From positions 1-64,000 of the forward strand of contig JBCBZT010000008.1 in the NCBI GenBank assembly GCA_039815185.1: a stretch of DNA of 64,000 bases, in the 5' to 3' direction. The stretch is from Cyanobacteria bacterium P01_A01_bin.123 (GTDB taxonomy: Bacteria; Cyanobacteriota; Cyanobacteriia; Phormidesmidales; Phormidesmidaceae). Made by a program: the position numbers and the translations under genes. The notes under the pieces are model-generated. The model saw nothing but the letters and a program-made list of their open reading frames with translations. It was not told the origin of the DNA and searched no databases. This document shows, in pieces, positions 20,944 through 28,502 of this stretch. Numbering within the stretch: the first letter of the stretch is position 1; each line of letters opens with the position of its first letter.

Positions 20944-21549
20944 ATGATTGAACATCCCAGCCGTTGGGGACTGGTTAGTTTTATTGGCGGCGTGCTATGC
21001 CTAGATTTTGTAAATACGGTGTTAGACCGCACTCAGTCTCCAACCCCTGACTGCCTAAACACTTACGATGACTTATTGGCATGGGGGAAAGACGCCGGGA
21101 TACTAACCATCGCTCAAGTACAACAGTTAGCGCAACTCGCTCAGGCGTATCCTGCTCAGACAGAAGAAATATTCTCAATCGCTTACGAACTGCGCGAAAG
21201 TCTTTACGCACTCTTCGTTGCAGAAGTGACCCAAGGCAAACCTGATGCCGTCCACCTTGATCGATTTAAGACTGCACTCAACCAGGCGCTGGTTCAACGC
21301 ATCCTCATACCCGCTGACAAGGGCTATCAATGGCGCTGGCAGACGGATAATGATTTATCTCGGCTGATCTGGCCGATCGCCCTTTCGGCTTCGGAGTTGC
21401 TGACCTCGACTGACGTGGCACATGTGCGCCAATGTCCTGGTTGCGGTTGGTTATTCTTGGATACCAGCAAAAATAAACGTCGTCGATGGTGTGACATGCG
21501 GGCCTGCGGCAACCGTGAAAAGGTTAAGCGCCATCGTAAAAAGGCTTAA
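20944..21549 (+). CDS. CGNR zinc finger / ABATE domain protein
   Basis: CLDFVNT; CPGCGWLFLDTSKNKRRRWCDMRACGNR. Confidence 0.93.
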   Translation: MIEHPSRWGLVSFIGGVLCLDFVNTVLDRTQSPTPDCLNTYDDLLAWGKDAGILTIAQVQQLAQLAQAYPAQTEEIFSIAYELRESLYALFVAEVTQGKPDAVHLDRFKTALNQALVQRILIPADKGYQWRWQTDNDLSRLIWPIALSASELLTSTDVAHVRQCPGCGWLFLDTSKNKRRRWCDMRACGNREKVKRHRKKA

Positions 21550-21605
21550 GCTGAGGGATATCAAAATAGCTTTAGCATTAACTCTCAATTTCGTGTAGGC
21601 CTCCT

Positions 21606-21953
21606 ATGAAAATTCAGGCGATCAAATACATGCTCATGGCTCAGAAGATGGATCGAGCCGTGGCTTTTTACCGAGATGTTATGGGGCTAACCGCAGGTTT
21701 TACGAGTGAGGAGTGGTCAGAATTAGCCTTTGGAGATGCGATTGTTGCGCTGCATGGTGGCGGAGATGGCTCGATCAACCCGACGGGATTAAGTATCCAA
21801 GTGGAAGATATTGATCAAGCTTGTGCCGATATCAAAGCTGCTGGTGGAACCATCATTACTCAGCCCAGTAACCGTCCTGGGGAACCGATTATTTTGGGTG
21901 AATTTCAAGACCTGGAGGGAAATCAGGTGATGATTACCCAGTATGTGGGCTAG
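21606..21953 (+). CDS. VOC family protein
   Basis: MDRAVAFYRDVMGL...DLEGN. Confidence 0.85.
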   Translation: MKIQAIKYMLMAQKMDRAVAFYRDVMGLTAGFTSEEWSELAFGDAIVALHGGGDGSINPTGLSIQVEDIDQACADIKAAGGTIITQPSNRPGEPIILGEFQDLEGNQVMITQYVG

Positions 21954-22046
21954 GTGGGTAATCATCATAAGATGATGCCAGACTGTTCAGAAACTAGCTC
22001 GTATGGTTGTGAAGAGTCTATCGTTAGAAGATCTACCAGTCTAGAT

Positions 22047-23408
22047 ATGCAAACGTTACCAGAGCCCCCTCCTCTCAGGTCTGTCAAAGAGATGCCCGGA
22101 CGTATGGGGCTTCCTTTTCTGGGTGAAACGCTAGAGATTTTTAATACCGAAGAGCGTTACTACTGGCGACAGTTTGAGCAATATGGCCCGATCTTTAAGA
22201 CGCATATTTTGGGTCAGAATTTTGCCTTTTTGGTGGGACCTGAGGCAAATCGGCTGGTATTACAAGATCAGGCAGATCATGTTTCAACAACGTTGGGTTG
22301 GAAGTTTGTCCAACAGCTCTTTAAGGATGGGTTGCTTTTTCTAGAAGGCGAAGAACATCGCCGCATCCGTCGGCTGATGTATCCCGCTTTCCATCGGCGG
22401 GCTTTGGTAGATTATTTCACCACGATGCAGCGGGTGGTCGAAGGGTTTATTGCCGATTGGGGCAATAGGGAACAGGTTCCGTTTAAGGCAGACTTCCGAG
22501 AGCTGACGCTGATCATCGCCAGCCGGTTGTTCCTCGGTGCCCAAACCAATCAGCAGGTGGTGCAAACCAGCCAGTGGTTCGAAGAATTGTGGGCGGCTCG
22601 GCTGGCAATCTTACGTTTGGATGTGCCGTTTACGCTGTACGGTCGCAGTCAAATCGCTCGACGCAATCTGGCTGAGTTTTTGCGGCCCATCATTGCCGAA
22701 CGCAAGCGCCAATCGAACCCAGCAGAATCTGCGGAGGGCATTGATGTTTTGGGCTTGCTGCTGACGGCAACGGACGAAGACGGTAATCACCTCAGCGATC
22801 AAGAAGTGATCAATCAAGCGATCTTTTTTCTGTTTGCAGGTCACGAAACGACGGCTTCTGTTTTAAGCTGGTTGCTTTATGAGCTGGGTAGTCACCCCCA
22901 GTGGCAGGCGACACTACGATCAGAACTGATGGCTGTGGCTGGGAGTGAACCGTTGCAAATCAGTCATCTTAATCAACTGCCCCAAATGGGAAACGTCCTC
23001 AAGGAAATTGAACGCCTATATCCGCCTGTATATGGCATTCCGCGTGGGGTCGTGAAAGATATTGAATATGCGGGCTATCACATTCCGGCAGGGTGGTATA
23101 TCAATTTGTCGCCGATGTTGACCCATTATTTGCCTGAGCTCTTTCCCAATCCGACCCAGTTTGCCCCGGAGCGCTTTGCCCCACCCCGGGAGGAAGATAA
23201 GCGTCATCCCTTTGCGCTGGTGGGGTTTGGCAATGGCCCCCATGCGTGTTTAGGGATGGAATTTGCCCAGTTAGAGATCAAGGTGGTGTTGGCGACCCTG
23301 CTACGTCGCTATACCTGGCAGGTTAGTCCCGACCGCGCCGCGATCGCGCCTGTCCGTCAGCCCTCTCGACTCCAAAACAATTTACAGGGAGTGTTTACTG
23401 GGGTTTGA
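22047..23408 (+). CDS. Cytochrome P450 (CYP120-like)
   Basis: AGHETT I-helix, EIER, PERF, heme motif FGNGPHACLG. Confidence 0.93.
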   Translation: MQTLPEPPPLRSVKEMPGRMGLPFLGETLEIFNTEERYYWRQFEQYGPIFKTHILGQNFAFLVGPEANRLVLQDQADHVSTTLGWKFVQQLFKDGLLFLEGEEHRRIRRLMYPAFHRRALVDYFTTMQRVVEGFIADWGNREQVPFKADFRELTLIIASRLFLGAQTNQQVVQTSQWFEELWAARLAILRLDVPFTLYGRSQIARRNLAEFLRPIIAERKRQSNPAESAEGIDVLGLLLTATDEDGNHLSDQEVINQAIFFLFAGHETTASVLSWLLYELGSHPQWQATLRSELMAVAGSEPLQISHLNQLPQMGNVLKEIERLYPPVYGIPRGVVKDIEYAGYHIPAGWYINLSPMLTHYLPELFPNPTQFAPERFAPPREEDKRHPFALVGFGNGPHACLGMEFAQLEIKVVLATLLRRYTWQVSPDRAAIAPVRQPSRLQNNLQGVFTGV

Positions 23409-23424
23409 GTCCAGCAGCAGTTCC

Positions 23425-24351
23425 CTATTCCAACGGTTGAGCGTAGATGCCAATATGATTAGCTACGGGACGTTCTCGCATCAGTACTTTGGTATGGATG
23501 GGGGCGTTGAGCACTTTAGGGCCATGGGGAGTTGCCTGCACCAGGGTTGTAGAACCGCCGCCATCTAAGTTCAGCGCATGGGTTGCCCCTAAGCTTTGAA
23601 GCAGGTCTATGACTTCAGGCAAAGTCATGCCTTCGCTGTAAAAAGGTTGTTTGCCGTCAACCGCAATTAGCCAAAGTTCGGTTCCGGTGGCGTTGGTGGC
23701 TGCAACTAAGCGGGCATAGGGGGTAGTCGCATTTTCCCCGAAGTCGTCGGACAGGGCCACTTGTCCATCGATCAGCAATAGCGGTACACCGGATAGGGCA
23801 AATTCGCTGTTGTCAGGGCAGACAGTTTGGCCTGAAATCAGCACACGTTGCGTATTGAGGATGCAAACGGGAAACCAACTCTCTAGGGGACTGGCATAGG
23901 CAACGCCCGACGCGATCGCTTGGCCAGCGACATAGGTGCGATCGCCGCTGTGGGGGTAATAATGCCAAGGAGATTTTTCTTCAAAAGGATAAAAAAAGCT
24001 GCCGTTGGTGGCGATTTGAACCTGAGCTTTTGATAAGAACTCGGTGGTGGTTTGGGCAACGGTTTCTCGGGGGGGGCCTGTAGGGTTAGCTGGGCGATCA
24101 TCAACACTGGGCGAAACGATCACGCGAATGCCTGGGGTCGTGAGATCCACATGAATGATGTGGATGACCATAGCGCGGGGGGTGTTGCGGATCTGACGGT
24201 GGTAGGTAATGCCTGTAAACAGCGTTTGGGTCAGTTCTACACGGGCAGGTCGCTGGAAAGCTAGCATCGCATATAGGATCAGCGGTAGCAGGGTTGCAGT
24301 TAAGATGGCAAGGCTGAGTTTTCGGTACCGCTTCTGTGGCTGCTGTTTCAT
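23425..24351 (-). CDS. Phosphodiester glycosidase (NAGPA-like) family protein
   Basis: NGSFF, VDGKQ...SEGMTL, ALNLDGGGST, ERPVAN. Confidence 0.88.
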   Translation of the reverse strand: MKQQPQKRYRKLSLAILTATLLPLILYAMLAFQRPARVELTQTLFTGITYHRQIRNTPRAMVIHIIHVDLTTPGIRVIVSPSVDDRPANPTGPPRETVAQTTTEFLSKAQVQIATNGSFFYPFEEKSPWHYYPHSGDRTYVAGQAIASGVAYASPLESWFPVCILNTQRVLISGQTVCPDNSEFALSGVPLLLIDGQVALSDDFGENATTPYARLVAATNATGTELWLIAVDGKQPFYSEGMTLPEVIDLLQSLGATHALNLDGGGSTTLVQATPHGPKVLNAPIHTKVLMRERPVANHIGIYAQPLE

Positions 24352-24362
24352 CCATTGACCCC

Positions 24363-25151
24363 ATGAATCGCTCTCCTAATCTACAAAATCGATCTTTTCG
24401 CGGCCAAGATTTGACCGGGGCAGATTTTAGCGGTGCCAATCTGCGGGGATGTGATTTTCAAGGGGCGATTTTGCGGGGGGCAAATTTTCAAGGGGTGGCG
24501 CTGGGGCGATCGCGGCGGCAGTGGCTAGGGCTAATTTTGGCGATCGCGATCGCGGTGTTGCTGACGGGGCATGCGGTGACTCGCCTGATTTTTGCCGTCT
24601 TGGGGCAGTCGATTCTGGGCCGGTTTGGGGTTTTGGTGATTGTGCTGTACGGGGTGCTGATGGCGACGGGATTAGGGATTTTGGCGAGGCCACGATCGCC
24701 TCGGCTGGCAATGGGCTTGAGCAGCAGCTTATCGGGGGCGCTGCTTGGGTTTTTCTATGTGGGTAACAGTTTTGACGAGGCGTTGATGCCAGCTGGGCTG
24801 GGGGCAATTGTCGGTGCGGCTGTTGCCTATGGGTTGAATCGGCTGTGGCCCAGGAGTGGGTGGTCGGTTGGGCTGATCACGGCGAGTGTGGTGATGTGTA
24901 GTGGGGCAGTGTTTTTGCTGGGGACGACCGCGATCGCGGGGATTGCTGGGCACCACTGGGTTGGGGTGTTGTTTAGTGGGTTGACGCTGGGGTATTTAAT
25001 GCTGACTTGGCGTTGGAGTCTTTGCTTGGGTGAAGGGATCGATACGTTTGGTGGAACGTCGTTTCGTAATGCGGATTTGACGGGGATGATGTTTGAGCCG
25101 AGTCAGGCAGGGCGGGTTTGTTTTTTGGGTGCGATTGAGCCGCCTACATAA
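24363..25151 (+). CDS. Pentapeptide-repeat membrane protein
   Basis: SFRGQDLTGADFSGANLRGCDF repeats, several TM helices, GTSFRNADLT. Confidence 0.85.
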   Translation: MNRSPNLQNRSFRGQDLTGADFSGANLRGCDFQGAILRGANFQGVALGRSRRQWLGLILAIAIAVLLTGHAVTRLIFAVLGQSILGRFGVLVIVLYGVLMATGLGILARPRSPRLAMGLSSSLSGALLGFFYVGNSFDEALMPAGLGAIVGAAVAYGLNRLWPRSGWSVGLITASVVMCSGAVFLLGTTAIAGIAGHHWVGVLFSGLTLGYLMLTWRWSLCLGEGIDTFGGTSFRNADLTGMMFEPSQAGRVCFLGAIEPPT

Positions 25152-25669
25152 ATCCAAATGAGAGATTGTAGTGTTACTGACTTTAAGTAGAGGCATTGCT
25201 ATCCTGGGCATATCAGCCTCATACCTTTGAGGACTATGGGACAGTCTCATCCCTTTAGGATTCAAAGGTGTTTAGCTCTTTCAAACATACCTGCACAACA
25301 TGAATCTGGGAATGTTTCTGCCAACTATGCCGTCTCGAAAATCAGAGGCAAAACAGGCGGGCACCCCCATTGATATCGAAAAGCTTGAAAATTCTTCATC
25401 AAAATCTTCATAAATCTGTCACTAGGTCGATAAGCTTTCCGGTTTCAAATGCAGAGCCCTCCTCAATATGGCTGCGTTTTAGGTTCTAAGCCTCCTTAAT
25501 CGTCAATAACTCACATTGACATTGACACAACATATCTCCAGCTGCGCTGGAAAAGGGTGGACAGGGTTTAAAACTCGTATGGAATACTGTTATAGTACAT
25601 TTGAACCATAAATCAGGGTGATAAATAAACTAGACCTTGACTCCCTTGTAGTAATTTCGAGTTAAACCC

Positions 25670-25843
25670 ATGATTTTTTCAAGCACATCAAGAGCAAATT
25701 CTTCCTGGACTACAGATAATTACGATGTAGAAGTGCCTACCCCTCAAGAAAGTCTGGAAATTCTTTCCAAGGATCTTGAAAAAGATGTGAATACAACTGA
25801 AAATCCTTCTGCTGGAGATACTCCTAAGGTCAATTGCCGTTGA
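25670..25843 (+). CDS. 57-aa small ORF missed by the ORF track; paralogue of the next ORF
   Basis: MIFSS...DVEVPTPQESLEILSKDLEKD...; shares a motif with 25971-26186. Confidence 0.5.
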   Translation: MIFSSTSRANSSWTTDNYDVEVPTPQESLEILSKDLEKDVNTTENPSAGDTPKVNCR

Positions 25844-25970
25844 ATCTAGTTTTAGTGATTGAGCATGATCACTATTGAATGCTGAGAACAATTTACCTTT
25901 CTTCGGAGGATTTATCCTGATTTCATCTCAGAGGCTCGTACAAGTTAACGAAATAACTCTGGCCTCTGAG

Positions 25971-26186
25971 ATGTTTAATCAAGATGATCCTAATGTAGAA
26001 GTACCAACCCCTGCGGAGGAACTCGAATTGCTCTTACAAGATATAGAGAAAGACATAAGTATGGGTAACTTACCTGCTGCTTGTAGAGCTCTTGAAGAGA
26101 TCCAAGACAATCAGACTCAGTGCAACTTGCTCAACAGGTTACCAGATCTGAAAGATTATTATGATTATCTCAACCAGAATTGCTGA
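25971..26186 (+). CDS. Small acidic hypothetical protein (71 aa)
   Basis: MFNQDDPNVEVPTPAEELELLLQDIEKD... Confidence 0.55.
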   Translation: MFNQDDPNVEVPTPAEELELLLQDIEKDISMGNLPAACRALEEIQDNQTQCNLLNRLPDLKDYYDYLNQNC

Positions 26187-26204
26187 TTTTTCCGCATATT
26201 CAAC

Positions 26205-26822
26205 TCATTCATAAGCTGTTGCATCTAACTCAAGATCCCGCTTTATCAGAAAGCGATTTATAAAACTTCTCAACATTACGACAGCTCTTCCTGAAAGACC
26301 GACGGTTGTAGAAATCTTTTCGTTTCTGATAAATTTGAAGGCTTCGATATATATCTGCGAAGGCATCACTAGAGCTATCACCCCCTTAGGCATATCCTTA
26401 GGGGGTGATGCCAGCCTTAGATAGTGTCCTGCCCATCGAAGATAGAAATCTAAGTCCTGGCAGAAGAGCTGAACTGTATGTTTACTAATTTTTCTTGCTT
26501 TATACTTATCATCAAGAATTTCCAGTTTAGCGTAATTAACTAACTGCTTCCTATTTCTATCTAGCCAATTAGATGCCTCTTCCGAAGCCTGAACATTAGC
26601 ATCGATTCCTTTCAATCGATCCTTATACTTCAACAAACGATTATACTCTTCGAGAAGAGCTGCTCGGCTCGTGAGTTCTTGCGGTTTTAATTGCTCAACA
26701 GTATGTCTTAGAGTTGTCTCGAGATCATCAATTAAATTTGAAATAAACTCAAATTTTTCCTTGAAATCTTCTTCGAGCTTAATAACTCTTTCTTCTAGGA
26801 AATGACTTTGAAAAATGACCAT
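26205..26822 (-). CDS. Hypothetical helical protein
   Basis: About 205-aa ORF in AT-rich DNA, directly downstream of 26830-27275; no recognised motif. Confidence 0.6.
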   Translation of the reverse strand: MVIFQSHFLEERVIKLEEDFKEKFEFISNLIDDLETTLRHTVEQLKPQELTSRAALLEEYNRLLKYKDRLKGIDANVQASEEASNWLDRNRKQLVNYAKLEILDDKYKARKISKHTVQLFCQDLDFYLRWAGHYLRLASPPKDMPKGVIALVMPSQIYIEAFKFIRNEKISTTVGLSGRAVVMLRSFINRFLIKRDLELDATAYE

Positions 26823-26829
26823 TTGAGCA

Positions 26830-27275
26830 TTAACGAAACGTACCTCCCCGCTGGTCACCCCCTATATAGTTTTGCCCGCCATTGATCTGATTTTTAGATA
26901 TAACATCTTTGCCTGCAACACTACTATTAGATGCAGAACCAATATCGATATTTGCTACAGAGTCAACGTTCGTATATGATGAACCGTCTTGATGAGAGCC
27001 ATGAACAAGATTCTGTAATGTTGTAACTAGTTTCTCAAGCTCTATCTTGAAATCAGAATCTTTTGAAGCTTCCTGTGCAACCAAAGATGCAAGTTTATCA
27101 GGATGATTTTGAATTTGATTAAGTTCTGGTTTACCGGCAAATTTATAGCTAAAAAACCCTTTTAACTTCTCAATAGCTGTCTTGTAAGCCTCACTTCCAA
27201 AAGTCTGGGCAGCACCTTCTGCAGCTTTGGTTGCAAGAAAACCTACAGCTGCTCGTGCAAGTACGGATTCAATCA
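26830..27275 (-). CDS. Hypothetical protein, Bell-domain-like with G/N/Q/I/V-rich C-terminal tail
   Basis: Helical N-terminus (AAVGFLATKAAEGAA...LKGFFSYKFAG...DFKIELEKLV); tail NIDIGSASNSSVAGKDVISKNQINGGQNYIGGD; start position approximate. Confidence 0.55.
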
Positions 27276-27365
27276 TAAATTTTTGGGATAAATACACTAG
27301 CAAATTGATAACATATGTTTTCCTGAATGTCATGAGTGAGGCAATTGCATAGGTTTGAATGTGGC

Positions 27366-27521
27366 TTACGACCTCGGATCAACGAGCTCACTCTCCAAAG
27401 CCAACACCCCAAACATACACTCATACACCTCCTGCAACGGTGCCCCGGCGCACAAATCGCTCCAACGCCTCACCCCCCAAAGCAAATTCTCGCAACGCCA
27501 GCGATCGCTGGTGAATACTCC
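27366..27521 (-). pseudogene. Degenerate duplicate of the pnkp 3' end
   Basis: APLQEVYECMFGVLALESELVDPRS* versus Pnkp APLREVHECVFGVLALESEPVDPRL*; frameshifted further upstream. Confidence 0.9.
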
Positions 27522-27591
27522 AGTACCTCTGTGGAGTATTGGCTCAAGAGCCAAGTGCCTGATATACAAATGGTATAAAATATGCACAAAT

Positions 27592-27861
27592 ATGGAATTT
27601 GAGTTTGACGATCAAAAAAGTCAATCTAACAAGGTCAAGCACGGTATCGACTTCATAGGAGCTCAAGCCCTTTGGGAAAACGAAGATCGGCTAGAGGTTC
27701 CCGCTCGTACTTCAGATGAGCCTCGTTCCGTCATTCTGGGTCAGATCACATCCAAAATATGGGCAGCGGTTGTTACGTATCGCGGAGAAAACATCAGAAT
27801 CATTTCAGTACGGCGGGCTCGTAAACGTGAGGTCGAATTCTATGAAAGCAGCAGATTTTGA
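27592..27861 (+). CDS. brnT: BrnT family toxin
   Basis: MEFEFDDQKSQSNKVKHGIDF...IRIISVRRA. Confidence 0.9.
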   Translation: MEFEFDDQKSQSNKVKHGIDFIGAQALWENEDRLEVPARTSDEPRSVILGQITSKIWAAVVTYRGENIRIISVRRARKREVEFYESSRF

Positions 27862-28075
27862 CAAAAAGTTTGATGATGGGGATGCAGACATCATTGACGA
27901 TCTAGATCTATCCCAAATGAAGCGCCCTGGTCATCAGCAAAAGCGAGTCAATGTCGATTTTCCGCTTTGGATGGTAGAGGCCCTCGACCGCGAAGCCAGC
28001 CGTTTGGGCGTTACCCGCCAATCCATTATCAAAGTTTGGATTGCAGAACGCCTTGAGTATGTCCCCAGGCAGTAG
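27842..28075 (+). CDS. BrnA-like/CopG ribbon-helix-helix antitoxin
   Basis: MKAADFDKKFD...KRVNVDFPLWMVEALDREA...QSIIKVWI; overlaps the brnT 3' end. Confidence 0.85.
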   Translation: MKAADFDKKFDDGDADIIDDLDLSQMKRPGHQQKRVNVDFPLWMVEALDREASRLGVTRQSIIKVWIAERLEYVPRQ

Positions 28076-28079
28076 CGAA

Positions 28080-28132
28080 ACCAATTGACTAGAAAAGGGG
28101 TGCGGCGCACATTCATCTAGCAAGATTCGCAT
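28080..28132 (-). pseudogene. Truncated DUF5615 PIN-like toxin (N-terminal stub)
   Basis: MRILLDECAP start overlaps the DUF433 gene end; similarity is lost after about 10-18 codons. Confidence 0.65.
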
Positions 28133-28340
28133 GGGCTGTCAGCATTTCTCTAGCTAATTCAAGGGTTGCGATAGCCTGTTCACGACTCACACTCGGAAAA
28201 TGCTCTAAAAACACATCCAAAGAATCGTTCGCTTCAAGATAATCCAGCAGAGTTTTCATTGGCACGCGAGTTCCAACAAAAACAGGGGTTCCGCCTAGGA
28301 TTTCAGGGTCGCTATGAACAACTTGAGATGTTGATGACAC
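28113..28340 (-). CDS. DUF433 domain antitoxin
   Basis: DPEILGGTPVFVGTRVP...FPSVSREQ. Confidence 0.92.
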   Translation of the reverse strand: MSSTSQVVHSDPEILGGTPVFVGTRVPMKTLLDYLEANDSLDVFLEHFPSVSREQAIATLELAREMLTAHANLAR

Positions 28341-28443
28341 AATAGATTCAACCTACCGCTGGCTAAGCAATACGCTGATCCTAACCCATACATCAATAAG
28401 CTTGGTCAGGCTATCCAAACCCCATCCGATTTGAAACTTGGCT

Positions 28444-28471
28444 TACAGGCACAGAGCCTTGCGCCCCTACA
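28444..28471 (-). repeat. GTAG-family REP-like element
   Basis: Minus strand TGTAGGGGCGCAAGGCTCTGTGCCTGTA. Confidence 0.6.
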
Positions 28472-28502
28472 GGAAAAACTGTGGCGCTAGATGGGGAAGA
28501 AT

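Noticed and set aside
24427..24807. Pro-rich minus-strand ORF
   Set aside because: Antisense shadow of the G/T-rich membrane-protein gene
25574..25587. Possible LexA box AGTACATTTGAACC
   Set aside because: Single imperfect match in AT-rich DNA; not enough support
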